NCBI GenBank assembly: GCA_026397255.1
Contig: JAPLVF010000014.1
Coordinates: forward strand, 1-59,023
DNA length: 59,023 nucleotides
DNA from: Candidatus Beckwithbacteria bacterium
Lineage (GTDB): Bacteria; Patescibacteriota; Microgenomatia; UBA1400; CG1-02-47-37
Reading direction: 5' to 3'
The stretch's first letter is position 1, and the number at the start of each line of letters is the position of its first letter. The notes beneath the pieces are model-generated. The model did not search any database. It had not been told where the DNA came from and saw only the letters and a program-made list of their open reading frames with translations. The translations under genes and the position numbers were made by a program. Of this stretch, positions 7,593 through 17,216 are shown piece by piece.

Positions 7593-8373
7593 TTGACGGG
7601 CTCATGGAGGAGCAGAGATACACAGTCGAAAAATTCTTGGGCTGGAGGGTAGCAATCACGGTGGCAATATTGGCGATCAGTTGTTCGTCTTTAAAGGAAA
7701 GTTTGCCGATGACTAAATGTAAAAGCGGGGCTTTGGGCTCGGATTTATAACGGAAAGCGCCGGCTTCCAGTTTTTTCTTCACCGCTTCGGGCTGGGGAGA
7801 AATTGTGCCGTTTTTCGGGTTGGGCATTAAGCCTTTGGGGCCTAAAATTTTGGCATATTTTGCCAATTTAGGCATAAATTGAGGTTCAGAAACCAAGACA
7901 TCAAAGTCAATGACGCCGTCATTTAATTTGGCGAGCAGTTCTTCGGAAGCAATAACAACTTTTTGTTTCCGGCCGGTACCGTGAGGCAGCGACAGTTCAC
8001 CGGATAATTTTTCGCAGGTTAAATTAGCGTGAAATTCGACGGTAGCATCAAATTTAACCTGAGAGATTTCCCGTAAGAGTTTGACGGCTTCAGGGATCGG
8101 GTAAGTTTTTTTCTTATCAACCAGCTTTTTTGAGTTTAGATAACGTTTCGAGCGATGATGCTTAACTCGTTTTTTAATTTTCTTAATTTCTTTAACAATC
8201 TCTTTTTCTTTTTTAATTGGTTCCTGGAGAGGAATTTCGGCCACGGGCAATGGTGCTTCGACAGTCTTTTTAGTCTTGGTTTTAGTGAGCTTTTGGCTTC
8301 TGACGCCGCTAGCTTTTAGCTGAGCGGTTTCGGATTGGGAGAGATCGACTAGAGCGATTTTCTTTTTGCCCAT
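7573..8373 (-). CDS. rplA: 50S ribosomal protein L1 with a Lys-rich N-terminal extension of about 70 aa
   Basis: SKRYLNSKKLVDKKKTYPIPEAVKLL, then the L1 core (..GTGRKQKVVI.., GPKGLMPNPK.GT). Confidence 0.9.
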   Translation of the reverse strand: MGKKKIALVDLSQSETAQLKASGVRSQKLTKTKTKKTVEAPLPVAEIPLQEPIKKEKEIVKEIKKIKKRVKHHRSKRYLNSKKLVDKKKTYPIPEAVKLLREISQVKFDATVEFHANLTCEKLSGELSLPHGTGRKQKVVIASEELLAKLNDGVIDFDVLVSEPQFMPKLAKYAKILGPKGLMPNPKNGTISPQPEAVKKKLEAGAFRYKSEPKAPLLHLVIGKLSFKDEQLIANIATVIATLQPKNFSTVYLCSSMSPSIKLQLE

Positions 8374-8374
8374 A

Positions 8375-8794
8375 TTACTTCACTTTTATCCCCATTGAGC
8401 GGGCGGTGCCGCTAATAATTTTTTTAGCCGACTCTAAAGAAGTAGTATTTAAGTCATCCAGTTTTTCCCGGGCGATTTTTTCTATCTGACTCATTTTGAT
8501 AGTGGCAATTACTTCTTTGCCCGGAGTGGCCGAACCTTTGGGAAGATTTAACTCTTTTTTAATCAGGGCGGCAACCGGCGGTTTTTTCAGTTCAAAAATA
8601 AAGGAGCGGTCTTCAAAAATGGTGACTAAAGCCGGGATAACTCCCTGCATGGTTTTGGTTTTTTCGTTATATTGCTTGCAAAACTCCATGATGGTCACGC
8701 CGTGCTGGCCCAAGGCCGGGCCGATCGGCGGGGCAGGGTTGGCCTTGCCGGCGGGAATATTCAGCTTGATGATAATTTTAATTTTTTTTGCCAT
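8375..8794 (-). CDS. rplK: 50S ribosomal protein L11
   Basis: [33 protein letters not shown]. The ATG at 8794 is preferred over the GTG at 8812 used in the track. Confidence 0.95.
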   Translation of the reverse strand: MAKKIKIIIKLNIPAGKANPAPPIGPALGQHGVTIMEFCKQYNEKTKTMQGVIPALVTIFEDRSFIFELKKPPVAALIKKELNLPKGSATPGKEVIATIKMSQIEKIAREKLDDLNTTSLESAKKIISGTARSMGIKVK

Positions 8795-8816
8795 AGATTC
8801 GACTTCGCTCACTATT

Positions 8817-8843
8817 AAAAAATCCCTGCGTCACAGCAAGGAT
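8817..8843 (-). terminator. Hairpin plus U-tract in the leader just upstream of rplK (attenuator or L1/L11-operon regulatory structure)
   Basis: Minus-strand read is ATCCTTGC-TGTGAC-GCAGGGAT followed by TTTTTT, 22 nt before the rplK ATG. Confidence 0.4.
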
Positions 8844-8939
8844 TAAATTTCGGTCCGATGTTATCGTGACCTCCCTCGCTGTTGACGAAGTAGGGAAAGT
8901 ATAACAAAGAATTAAGTTTAAAACAAGATCGTTTCAATT

Positions 8940-9116
8940 TTAATTATCATCACTATCTTCTTCAGGTTCGCTATAATCTGGATCTTGCCAAACTTTTCCA
9001 TCCCATTCAGTATTATGTTTGATAATTTCTGGAGGAACACTTGGGGCGTCTGGGTTTGGATCTGGGTTTTGTGCTGGCGGTTCTTGTAACCAAAATTGAT
9101 TTGATGTAATAAGCAT
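8940..9116 (-). CDS. Possible small acidic protein (58 aa) between nusG and rplK
   Basis: Own translation: MLITSNQFWLQEPPAQNPDPNPDAPSVPPEIIKHNTEWDGKVWQDPDYSEPEEDSDDN. It is below the 60-aa track cutoff. Same strand as its neighbours, no recognisable homology. Confidence 0.3.
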   Translation of the reverse strand: MLITSNQFWLQEPPAQNPDPNPDAPSVPPEIIKHNTEWDGKVWQDPDYSEPEEDSDDN

Positions 9117-9126
9117 ATTATTTCTA

Positions 9127-9723
9127 TTATATCTTCTGCACTTGCAGGAAGTCGAGTTCGACCGGGGTTTCGCGACCGAAAATGGAAACTAAAACCTTAA
9201 TTTTTCCTCGTGTTTCATCCAAAGATTCAACCGAACCAAGAAAGTCAGCAAACGGGCCTTCAATGATCTTGACCGCTTCGCCAATGGAAAAGACGGATTT
9301 ATATTTAGGCGCGGCCATGGCCATAAATTTCTGGATATTTTCCACTTCGCTTTTCGGCAGAGGGGTGGGTTGATTGCCGATGCCGACAAAGCCGGTAACC
9401 CCTTGGGTGGTGCGGACAGCCAGCCAGGAATCGTCGGTTAAAATCAGTTTAACCAGTAAATAGCCGGGAAAAAGTTTTTCTTTGATGGAGAATTTCTCGC
9501 CTTTTTTAATCTGGATTTTGTTTTGGGTAGGGATTAGAACTTCTAAAATATAGTCAGTTAAATTCATCGATTCAGCCCGTTGTTTTAGGGCTTGGGTGAC
9601 TTTAAGCTCATGGCCGGAGTAGGTGTGGACGACGTACCATTTGGCTTTTGGGGAAGCGGAGTCGTTGATAACGACGTGGTTGGTGTTATCCTTTTCTTCC
9701 TGTTCGATGACAATATCAGTCAT
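9127..9723 (-). CDS. nusG: Transcription termination/antitermination factor NusG
   Basis: KWYVVHTYSGHE (NGN domain) and KOW motif GEAVKIIEGPFADFLGSVE. Lies downstream of secE. Confidence 0.9.
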   Translation of the reverse strand: MTDIVIEQEEKDNTNHVVINDSASPKAKWYVVHTYSGHELKVTQALKQRAESMNLTDYILEVLIPTQNKIQIKKGEKFSIKEKLFPGYLLVKLILTDDSWLAVRTTQGVTGFVGIGNQPTPLPKSEVENIQKFMAMAAPKYKSVFSIGEAVKIIEGPFADFLGSVESLDETRGKIKVLVSIFGRETPVELDFLQVQKI

Positions 9724-9726
9724 AAT

Positions 9727-9909
9727 TTATTTTACTAATAAACCAACAAAATTGGTAAAGACATAATCAAGGCCGCCGATGAAGGCGCCTGTCGCCACAC
9801 TGACGGCAATCACGATGATTGTCAGCCGCAAAACCTGTTTTTTGTTCGGCCAGACAACCTGCTTTAATTCAGCGATCGACGCTTTGATAAAGTTTTGTGA
9901 TTCTATCAT
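9727..9909 (-). CDS. secE: Preprotein translocase subunit SecE
   Basis: 60 aa, ELKQVVWPNKKQVLRLTIIVIAVSVATGAFIGGLD (a single TM), sited upstream of nusG. Confidence 0.8.
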   Translation of the reverse strand: MIESQNFIKASIAELKQVVWPNKKQVLRLTIIVIAVSVATGAFIGGLDYVFTNFVGLLVK

Positions 9910-9938
9910 GATTTAATATGTTATACTAGAGTTTGCTT

Positions 9939-10832
9939 ATGGGCAATAGAAAGATAACTAAGGCAGTAATTGCGGTAGCCGGTTACGGAACGAGATTTTT
10001 ACCGGCCACGAAAAATCAACCCAAGGAAATGCTGCCGATTATCGATAAACCGGTGATCCAGTATTTAGTTGAAGAAGCGGTTAATTCCGGAATTAAGGAC
10101 ATTATTTTAGTCACCCGGTTTGGGCAAACATCTTTGGAAAATCATTTTGATTCAAATTTAGAGCTGGAAATTCAACTGATGAAAAACGGCAAGAAAAAAG
10201 AGTTAGAAGAAGTCCAACGGGTTTACCGGATGGCGAATTATATTTACGTGCGGCAGGGAAGGCATTTGCCTTACGGTAACGGCACGCCGCTTCTATGCGT
10301 TCAGGATTTATTGGCCCCGAACGAGCGGTTTATTTACATGTTCGGCGATGATTTAGTGTTATCCAAAAAGCCATGCACGAAACAGATCATGGAGTATTCG
10401 GATAAAAAGAACGGAGCGGTCACAGTAGCGGTTCAGGAAGTGGCCAAAAGCGAAGTGAGCCGTTACGGGATTTATAAGCTACAAAAAGGGAGCAATGACC
10501 GGGTGCAAAGCGCGGTGGAAAAGCCGGAACCGGAAAAAGCGCCGTCGCGCTTAGCGCAGTTCGGCCGGTTTATTTTAAACACGGACATTGTCAAGATTTT
10601 AAGAAAAAACCAACAAGAGAATAAATTGGGTAAAAGCAATGAATTGTGGTTGATTGATGCCATTATTGAATATGCCAAAGGACGGCCGGTTTATGCGGCC
10701 AGGCTTGAGGGAAAATGGATGACGACCGGTGATCCGCTGCGGTATTTAGAGGCGACGGTAGAGTTTGCTTTGGCGCGACCGGATATGGCCCCGGATTTTA
10801 AAAAATATTTAAAAACACTGGATTTAAGTTAA
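9939..10832 (+). CDS. galU: UTP--glucose-1-phosphate uridylyltransferase
   Basis: AVIAVAGYGTRFLPATKNQPKEMLPIIDKPVIQY N-terminal signature. Confidence 0.85.
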   Translation: MGNRKITKAVIAVAGYGTRFLPATKNQPKEMLPIIDKPVIQYLVEEAVNSGIKDIILVTRFGQTSLENHFDSNLELEIQLMKNGKKKELEEVQRVYRMANYIYVRQGRHLPYGNGTPLLCVQDLLAPNERFIYMFGDDLVLSKKPCTKQIMEYSDKKNGAVTVAVQEVAKSEVSRYGIYKLQKGSNDRVQSAVEKPEPEKAPSRLAQFGRFILNTDIVKILRKNQQENKLGKSNELWLIDAIIEYAKGRPVYAARLEGKWMTTGDPLRYLEATVEFALARPDMAPDFKKYLKTLDLS

Positions 10833-11662
10833 TGAGACGCATCGGTGCCCATTTGTCAATCAGCGGCGGATTGGATAAAGCGGTGGAAGCGGCCGTCAGA
10901 ATGGGTGGAAACTCTTTACAGATTTTTTCTTCGAGCCCGCGGATGTGGCTAGCGGCTCTACCTAAAGAGGATGAGGTCAAAAAATTTAAAGCGACGGCTC
11001 TACAAGATGATATTCAGCCAATTTTTATTCATGCTAAGTATTTAATTAATTTAGGTTCGGATAAAACCGAGCTGGTGGCCATTTCCAAAAAGTCTTTAAA
11101 ACACGATTTATTAGTTGCCAGCTTAATCGGCGCCGAAGGAGTAATTGTTCATTTGGGCAGCCATCAGGGCCGGGGATTCAGTGCGATACAGGAACAATTA
11201 GTGAATAGTATTAAAGAGATATTACAGGATAGTTCTAAAGAGTCAGAGCTGATTATTGAAAATAGTGCCGGACAGAAGGGTAAAATATGTTCTCAATTAA
11301 GTGAAATTAGCTTGTTAATGACAGCTATTAATGATAGTAGAATTAGGTGGTGCTTGGATACCTGTCATGCCTGGGGGGCAGGGTTTTCCTTCGCTAAAGA
11401 TTTGGAAAATACCCTGCAGCAGTTTGATCTAGTTAAATCGTTGGTTTGCCTGCACGTCAATGATTCAAAAGGGGTGTTAGGCGGCGGGTTGGACAGGCAC
11501 GAAAACTTAGGCAAAGGTAAAATGGGACTGGAAGAATTGGCAAAATTCGTTAATTATCCGGCTTTTAAAGATTTGCCTTTGATTATTGAAACGCCGGGAT
11601 TTGACGGACACGGGCCGGATAAAAAGAATTTGGAAATATTAAAAAAATTAGCCAATGAATAA
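10832..11662 (+). CDS. nfo: Endonuclease IV (AP endonuclease family 2)
   Basis: IGAHLSISGG..., VIVHLGSH, LDTCHAW, HVNDSK and LIIETP metal-ligand motifs. Confidence 0.9.
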   Translation: MRRIGAHLSISGGLDKAVEAAVRMGGNSLQIFSSSPRMWLAALPKEDEVKKFKATALQDDIQPIFIHAKYLINLGSDKTELVAISKKSLKHDLLVASLIGAEGVIVHLGSHQGRGFSAIQEQLVNSIKEILQDSSKESELIIENSAGQKGKICSQLSEISLLMTAINDSRIRWCLDTCHAWGAGFSFAKDLENTLQQFDLVKSLVCLHVNDSKGVLGGGLDRHENLGKGKMGLEELAKFVNYPAFKDLPLIIETPGFDGHGPDKKNLEILKKLANE

Positions 11663-12611
11663 AAAAATATTTTATTTAATAGGGTTACTAATAGTAATCG
11701 GGATAAGTTTGTTTTATTTATGGTCAAGGCAAAAGGGAAATTTTTTATCGCCGGCGTCAAAGTGGATTTTTACAGAGAAACCACTGCAAAAATACAGCTT
11801 TCCGGAATTAAGAAAACGAGTGTTTCAGCCGGAGGGAATTTGGGTAGAGGGAGGTAAGTTTTATTATTGGGTGGAAAACAAAAAGGTCAGCGGAAAAATT
11901 AATCAGCCGGCAGGCGAAGTGCCGGCGGACGGATGGCCGGTAGTGATTATGGTTAGAGGCTATGTGGATAAGGAAATTTTCCAAACCGGAATCGGGACTC
12001 AACCAGCCGCGCAATATTTTGCCAAAAACGGTTTCTTAACTTTAGCGCCGGATTTTTTGGGCTACGGTGAGTCGGATAAAGCACCGGAGAATGACTTGGA
12101 AAACAGGTTTTTATGCCCGGTGGAAGCGCTGCAGTTAATTGCGTCAGTGAAAATGTTACCGCAGGCGAACGCGGACAAAATTAATATTTGGGGGCATAGC
12201 AACGGCGGTCAGATTGCCTTATCAGTTTTGGAGATTTCCGGAAAAAACTATCCGACGGTTTTATGGGCGCCAGTATCCAAACCGTTTCCATACTCAATCC
12301 TTTATTACACGGACGAGTATGATGATTATGGCAAAGCGCTGCGGAAGTTAATTGCCGGCTTTGATACCCAATACGACGCCAATGAGTTTTCGATCCATAA
12401 TTATTATGACTGGGTTCAGGCATCGGTCCAAATTCACCAGGGAACGGCCGATGAGTCGGTTCCCTTGAAATGGTCGCAGGATTTGGAGAAAAATTTAAAA
12501 GATAAAGGGAAGACAGTAAAACTTTATATTTATCCCGGAGCGGATCATAATTTACAACCGGGTTGGGATGAAGCAGTGCAAAGAAGCCTAGAGTGGTTTA
12601 AAGAAAATTGA
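11655..12611 (+). CDS. Membrane-anchored alpha/beta hydrolase (S9/dienelactone-hydrolase-like)
   Basis: N-terminal TM, GHSNGG nucleophile elbow, HQGTADESVP and ADHNL (Asp/His of the triad). Confidence 0.7.
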   Translation: MNKKIFYLIGLLIVIGISLFYLWSRQKGNFLSPASKWIFTEKPLQKYSFPELRKRVFQPEGIWVEGGKFYYWVENKKVSGKINQPAGEVPADGWPVVIMVRGYVDKEIFQTGIGTQPAAQYFAKNGFLTLAPDFLGYGESDKAPENDLENRFLCPVEALQLIASVKMLPQANADKINIWGHSNGGQIALSVLEISGKNYPTVLWAPVSKPFPYSILYYTDEYDDYGKALRKLIAGFDTQYDANEFSIHNYYDWVQASVQIHQGTADESVPLKWSQDLEKNLKDKGKTVKLYIYPGADHNLQPGWDEAVQRSLEWFKEN

Positions 12612-12645
12612 TTTTTAGTCAGTAATACTATAAGATATTGGAAAT

Positions 12646-14280
12646 ATGGCGAGGTTAGAAGTAGTTTCAGAACTTCAAGCAATAGAAAAATTAGAGCAAA
12701 GTCCACTGGAAAAATTTCCAGAATTATGGACAGAGGTAAACGGGACTCCAACCATTCATATCTCACTGGTTAAGGCTTTAATTGTCAGAAAAGATGGACA
12801 AGAAACAGGTCCGAAAGATGGAAAATTCAGGACAACAATTTACATAACAATGGAAGCTTTAGAAAAACAGGGAGTGAGGCCGAAGGATAAAAAATTTTGG
12901 GACGTTGAGTATCTTAGGCATTTTTGGCAGCAATTTCAAGGCGGTGCAGATAACTATAGAAGAGTCTATCAAATGCAAGAGATTGACAGTAATGTTCTGG
13001 AGAGATTGAAAGCATTAAAACCAAAAGTTAAAGTGGACAGATGGACTACGGCGGCGGAAAAAACTCCAAAATTAATAGAATTTTCTGAAATTAATGTTTC
13101 TGAACATGATGAGGAATATTCACCTATCAATCGGTTAATCGAACTGGGGCGGAAGAAATCTTATGTCACTTTTGACGACATTGTGCATTTTTTCCCGGAG
13201 GCCGAACAGGATGCGGGACAGTTGGAAGAAGTTTTTGCCGGACTGTTAAGCGAGGGGGTGGTTTTTTTGGAAGATGCGTCGACTGGTGAACCTTTGGATG
13301 ACGAACTGATGGGTGCGGAAGAAACCGAAGCTGAGACAAAGACGGAAGCGTTGCCTGATGATTATCTGGCCAACATTGATGTTGATGATACCATCGGGTT
13401 GTACCTTAAAGAAGTTAGTCGGGTGCCGCTTTTAACCGCTACCGAAGAAGTGGGGTTGGCCCAAAGTATCGAGCGTGGCAGAATGGCCCGTGAAGAATTG
13501 GCCCGCGGCAAAACTTTTCCCAGCCGCCGCTTAGAACTGCATCAAATTATTGAGGATGGTTGGGTTAGCCGTGAGCACCTAATTAATGCCAATGCCCGTC
13601 TCGTTATTTCGGTAGCCAAGAAATATATGGGTCGTGGCGTGCCTTTTCTTGATTTAATTCAGGAAGGGAACATTGGTCTGATGCGGGCTGTCAAGAAATT
13701 TGATTACCGCCGCGGCCACAAATTCTCCACCTATGCGACGTGGTGGATCCGTCAGGCCGTGAGTCGCGCCATTGCCGACGAAGGCCGCACTATCCGTGTA
13801 CCGGTCCACATGGGCGATCAGATTAATAAAATGTTACGTGTTCAGCATCAACTGACCCAAGGTTTGGGACGGGAACCGTCAGTGGAGGAATTGGCTGTCG
13901 CACTCAATACCCAGCCCAAGAAAGTTGAGAATATGATTGCAGTGGCACAGCGGCCGCTTTCATTGGAGACACCGACTGATGATGAGGAAAGCTCTGTTCT
14001 CGGCGATTTTATCGAAGATGATGAAATCTCCCCGCCGGATGAGGCGACTGCGGATTTGTTACGTGAACACTTGAGTGGATTTCTGAATGGCTTACCCCCG
14101 CGTGAAGCCAGGGTTCTGCAACTGCGTTACGGTTTACTGGACGGACAGGCTTATACTCTTGAAGAAGTCGGTCAGAAGATGGGTGTTACCCGTGAGCGTA
14201 TCCGGCAAATTGAAGCTCAGGCATTATCCCGTCTGCGTCACTTGGCAGTCAGGCGGAAATTAAGAGATTATTTGGGATAG
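12646..14280 (+). CDS. rpoD: Primary-type RNA polymerase sigma-70 factor with an unusual extra N-terminal region of about 150 aa
   Basis: Region 2 ([12 protein letters not shown]), region 3, and region 4.2 ([24 protein letters not shown]). Region 1.1-like [21 protein letters not shown] only begins near residue 160. Confidence 0.9.
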   Translation: MARLEVVSELQAIEKLEQSPLEKFPELWTEVNGTPTIHISLVKALIVRKDGQETGPKDGKFRTTIYITMEALEKQGVRPKDKKFWDVEYLRHFWQQFQGGADNYRRVYQMQEIDSNVLERLKALKPKVKVDRWTTAAEKTPKLIEFSEINVSEHDEEYSPINRLIELGRKKSYVTFDDIVHFFPEAEQDAGQLEEVFAGLLSEGVVFLEDASTGEPLDDELMGAEETEAETKTEALPDDYLANIDVDDTIGLYLKEVSRVPLLTATEEVGLAQSIERGRMAREELARGKTFPSRRLELHQIIEDGWVSREHLINANARLVISVAKKYMGRGVPFLDLIQEGNIGLMRAVKKFDYRRGHKFSTYATWWIRQAVSRAIADEGRTIRVPVHMGDQINKMLRVQHQLTQGLGREPSVEELAVALNTQPKKVENMIAVAQRPLSLETPTDDEESSVLGDFIEDDEISPPDEATADLLREHLSGFLNGLPPREARVLQLRYGLLDGQAYTLEEVGQKMGVTRERIRQIEAQALSRLRHLAVRRKLRDYLG

Positions 14281-14285
14281 TAAAG

Positions 14286-14357
14286 CAGGGGTGGAAGGAT
14301 TTGAACCCTCACGAGAGCTTTTGGAGAGCTCCATGCTACCGTTGACATCACACCCCT
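14286..14357 (-). tRNA. tRNA-Trp (CCA)
   Basis: Hand-folded cloverleaf: acceptor AGGGGTG/CACCCCT, anticodon arm GAGCT-CTCCAAA-AGCTC, T arm GAGGG-TTCAAAT-CCTTC. No encoded CCA. Confidence 0.85.
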
Positions 14358-14398
14358 TTGTTAAAACTATTTTAACATATGCTTGTTATAATTATTGA

Positions 14399-15877
14399 GT
14401 GTCTGACAATCGCTTAACTAAAATTTTACTGGTAATATTGCTGTGTTTATTTTACGGCTTGTTTTTGAGTCACAAAATTAATTTGGTCACGGCGGATCTG
14501 GGAAGGCATTTGGTTAACGGACAAGTTTTCTGGGAAAAAGGCCAGATTTTGAAGACAAATACCTATTCTTATACAGAAACCGATTATCCGGTTTTAAATC
14601 ATCATTGGTTGAGTGGAGTGATTTTTTACAAAATTTGGCAAATAGGCGGATTTAGCGGTCTGCAGCTATTTTATATTTTGTTGTCAACGGCGGCTTTGGG
14701 GCTAATGTTGTGGTGGGCGTATGGCTCCGGTAATTTACTAATAACGACTTTATTGGCCTTGCCGGTGATTAATTTATTGGCAGAACGGACAGAGATCAGG
14801 CCGGAGGTATTTACTTACTTTTTTGTCAGTGTATTTTGGTTAATTTTGACAAAGTTTAAAGATAATCAGAAGACAAAATGGATTTGGCTGTTGCCGGTAT
14901 TACAAATAGTGTGGGTTAATACTCACATTTATTTTTTCCTCGGGCCGGGCTTAATCGGCTGTTTTTTATTGGGTAAACGGAGGTTTAAATTATTGACTGT
15001 TTTTATAGTTGATTGCTTGGCAATAATGGTTAATCCGTATGGAGTTAAGGGGTTGCTGGCGCCGCTGACGATTTTTAATAACTACGGTTACCGGCTGGCG
15101 GAAAATCAGCCGGTGTGGATGATTGAAAAAATACTCAGCAACCCGCATTATTTGGTGTTTAAAATAGTATTTTTACTGCTAGTGGCCAGTTTTATTTTTG
15201 TCTTTATCAAACAAAGAAAAGTAGCGGTGACTAATTTATTGGTAGCGGTGGCGATCAGTGCGGCCGGGTGGCTGGCGATCAGGAATTTTGCCTTATTTGG
15301 TTTACTGACTTTACCAATTATGGCGGTTAATTGGTCAGGGATTGCCAAAAATAGTCAAAATCAGTCATTTCTAGGGGTGACGGCGGTAGCAGTGGGAATA
15401 GTCGTTTACAGCCTGACGCATCAATTCGGTTTAGGTCTGGAAGTTAATAATCAAAAAGCTGCCGAGTTTTTTATTAAAGAAAACTTATCCGGCCCGATTT
15501 TTAACAATTATGATATCGGCAGTTACTTAATTTATTATTTTTATCCGCAGGAAAAAGTGTTTGTGGATAATCGGCCGGAAGCTTACACGGCAGATTTTTT
15601 TACTAAAGTTTATGTGCCGATGCAGGAAGACGATCAGGTGTGGCAGAAACAGCTGGAAAAATATCAATTTCAGGCGATTATTTTTTCGATTAAGGACTTT
15701 ACGCCGTGGGGACAGCAATTTTTAATTCAGAGAGTGAAAGATCCGGAATGGGCGCCGGTTTATGCTGATCAAAGAGTCATCATTTTTTTGAAGAGAAATG
15801 AAAAAAATGCGCCGGTGATCTCTCAGTTTGAGTTGCTGAAAGAGCGGTTCAGAATAAGTGGACCCGGAGGGAATTGA
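14399..15877 (+). CDS. Polytopic membrane protein (at least 10 predicted TM helices), possibly a glycosyl/lipid transferase of the GT-C type
   Basis: Highly hydrophobic 492 aa. GTG start lies 6 nt after TATAAT (14387-14392). The last 19 nt overlap tRNA-Ala on the other strand. Confidence 0.55.
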   Translation: MSDNRLTKILLVILLCLFYGLFLSHKINLVTADLGRHLVNGQVFWEKGQILKTNTYSYTETDYPVLNHHWLSGVIFYKIWQIGGFSGLQLFYILLSTAALGLMLWWAYGSGNLLITTLLALPVINLLAERTEIRPEVFTYFFVSVFWLILTKFKDNQKTKWIWLLPVLQIVWVNTHIYFFLGPGLIGCFLLGKRRFKLLTVFIVDCLAIMVNPYGVKGLLAPLTIFNNYGYRLAENQPVWMIEKILSNPHYLVFKIVFLLLVASFIFVFIKQRKVAVTNLLVAVAISAAGWLAIRNFALFGLLTLPIMAVNWSGIAKNSQNQSFLGVTAVAVGIVVYSLTHQFGLGLEVNNQKAAEFFIKENLSGPIFNNYDIGSYLIYYFYPQEKVFVDNRPEAYTADFFTKVYVPMQEDDQVWQKQLEKYQFQAIIFSIKDFTPWGQQFLIQRVKDPEWAPVYADQRVIIFLKRNEKNAPVISQFELLKERFRISGPGGN

Positions 15878-15929
15878 ACCCTCTACTCTTCCATGCCATG
15901 GAAGCATGTTACCGGTATACCACGGGCCC
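15859..15929 (-). tRNA. tRNA-Ala (GGC)
   Basis: Acceptor GGGCCCG/CGGGTCC carries the G3:U70 Ala identity pair. Anticodon arm CTTCC-ATGGCAT-GGAAG, T arm GAGGG-TTCAATT-CCCTC. Confidence 0.8.
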
Positions 15930-15935
15930 GGAAAT

Positions 15936-16115
15936 TTATTTTAATTTACTGGTTTCTTTGTGAATGGTGTGTTTACGGCACTTGCGGCAATACTTGGTTA
16001 ACGCCAATTTTTCCGGAGTATTGGTCCGGTTTTTTTGGGTAATGTAGTTTTGCCGATTGCAGACGGAACACTTAAGAGCAATCAGTCCGCGCGGGCCTTT
16101 AGATTTTTTTGCCAT
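15936..16115 (-). CDS. rpmG: 50S ribosomal protein L33
   Basis: Own translation (59 aa, below the track cutoff): [59 protein letters not shown]. It has the CxxC...CxxC zinc ribbon typical of L33. Confidence 0.9.
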   Translation of the reverse strand: MAKKSKGPRGLIALKCSVCNRQNYITQKNRTNTPEKLALTKYCRKCRKHTIHKETSKLK

Positions 16116-16154
16116 AGACTGAAATATTAGCAGTAATTAGTGTTTTTGGCAATT

Positions 16155-16230
16155 TGGAGCCGTCTCCGGGATTTGAACCCGGGACCCCGCCCTTACCATG
16201 GGCGTGCTCTACCAACTGAGCTAAGACGGC
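16155..16230 (-). tRNA. tRNA-Thr (GGU), CCA encoded
   Basis: GCCGTCT-TA-GCTC-AGTTGGTA-GAGC-A-CGCCC-ATGGTAA-GGGCG-GGGTC-CCGGG-TTCAAAT-CCCGG-AGACGGC-T-CCA. Confidence 0.9.
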
Positions 16231-16254
16231 GTGCTTGCACTGAGCAAAGCGAAG

Positions 16255-16337
16255 TGCTGGGGGCAGGGTTCGAACCTGCGTAGCCGTAAGGCACGTGTTT
16301 TACAGACACGGGTAATTGACCGCTCTACCACCCCAGC
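16255..16337 (-). tRNA. tRNA-Tyr (GUA) with long variable arm
   Basis: Acceptor GCTGGGG/CCCCAGC, anticodon arm CGTGT-CTGTAAA-ACACG, long variable arm, T arm GCAGG-TTCGAAC-CCTGC. Confidence 0.9.
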
Positions 16338-16364
16338 TTTTTAACTTCATGCTATTATAGCAAT

Positions 16365-16697
16365 ATGACTACAGTTTTGATAAGGAATAAAGTTGATGAA
16401 GAAGGCTTAAATCAAGCCAAAAAAGATTACGGCGAATATATTAAAGTGGTTGTAGATATAAAAACAAAATTAATAACAATCGGGGGGGAATGGCATGCAG
16501 GCGGAGAGAAAATATTGATAGCCAATGGAAGCAAGCAGAGCGATTTGTGGGGCGGCGGAATTAATTTAAAAAATCAGCAGTTTGATTATACAGCCTTGAT
16601 TAATATCCGCGGTCAGACAAACCCCAGCCATGTGATTATGGATGTAAAAATAAGAGAAAAATTTGATAAAATTGTGAGAGAAAAACTAAATTTATGA
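16365..16697 (+). CDS. Small hypothetical protein (110 aa); I believe this resembles a DUF-type family common in CPR genomes, but that is from memory and unverified
   Basis: Open frame between tRNA genes with an ATGA overlap to the next ORF. ..ITIGGEWHAGGEKIL..DLWGGGINL.. Confidence 0.5.
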   Translation: MTTVLIRNKVDEEGLNQAKKDYGEYIKVVVDIKTKLITIGGEWHAGGEKILIANGSKQSDLWGGGINLKNQQFDYTALINIRGQTNPSHVIMDVKIREKFDKIVREKLNL

Positions 16698-16930
16698 ATC
16701 ATAAAAAAAATTTATCGGCAGATTTAATGAGGATTGGGGAGTGGTTGTATCATGGCGAGATAAATTTGGCCAGCCAATTTTTGGAGAGAGATATCAAGTT
16801 GTATGGAAATAAGGGACTGAAAATTGGTAATTTACCTGCCGGGTCATGGTTAAATAAGATAAAAAATCTAAGCGGAGAAAAATTGAAGGCGGCAGAGAAG
16901 GCGTGGACGGCGGCGGCAATTTTGGTTTAG
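16694..16930 (+). CDS. Small hypothetical protein (78 aa)
   Basis: Translationally coupled (ATGA) to the preceding ORF. No recognisable motif. Confidence 0.45.
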   Translation: MNHKKNLSADLMRIGEWLYHGEINLASQFLERDIKLYGNKGLKIGNLPAGSWLNKIKNLSGEKLKAAEKAWTAAAILV

Positions 16931-16944
16931 TTTTTTTATAGTTG

Positions 16945-17016
16945 AGCCGCCTCTCAGATTTGAACTGAGGACCTTCGCTTTACAAAAGCGTTGCTCTACC
17001 ACTGAGCTAAGGCGGC
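16945..17016 (-). tRNA. tRNA-Thr (UGU)
   Basis: GCCGCCT-TA-GCTC-AGTGGTA-GAGC-A-ACGCT-TTTGTAA-AGCGA-AGGTC-CTCAG-TTCAAAT-CTGAG-AGGCGGC-T. Confidence 0.9.
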
Positions 17017-17114
17017 GTGGAAGAATACAAACTACCCTACACATGGTCGTTGGTTGAAACTGTTCCCCGAACTAAAGTTCAAGGTGGAAAGCTAATCAAA
17101 AATCCACAGATTTC

Positions 17115-17172
17115 TGGTATAATGCCTTCCTTATAGAAAGCGTTGAGGAAAAATTTTTCAACTTGTCAACGC
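17115..17172 (+). promoter_or_regulatory. Extended -10 promoter (TGgTATAAT, 17115-17123) followed by a long imperfect hairpin in the GGDEF leader
   Basis: GCGTTGA (17140-17146) pairs with TCAACGC (17166-17172). They enclose the perfect palindrome GAAAAATTTTTC (17148-17159). Confidence 0.3.
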
Positions 17173-17216
17173 GCCCGGTAGGGCAGTAAAATCATTATAG
17201 CAGGTTGTCAAGCATT

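Noticed and set aside
15562-15570. DnaA box TGTGGATAA as a hint of a replication origin
   Set aside because: It is a single box inside a coding region, with no cluster, no AT-rich unwinding element and no dnaA or dnaN nearby.
16338-16944. Integrated mobile element at the tRNA cluster
   Set aside because: There is no integrase, transposase or direct repeat of a tRNA 3' end, and the region is only about 600 nt with two small ORFs. It is treated as an islet of unknown origin, not a mobile element.
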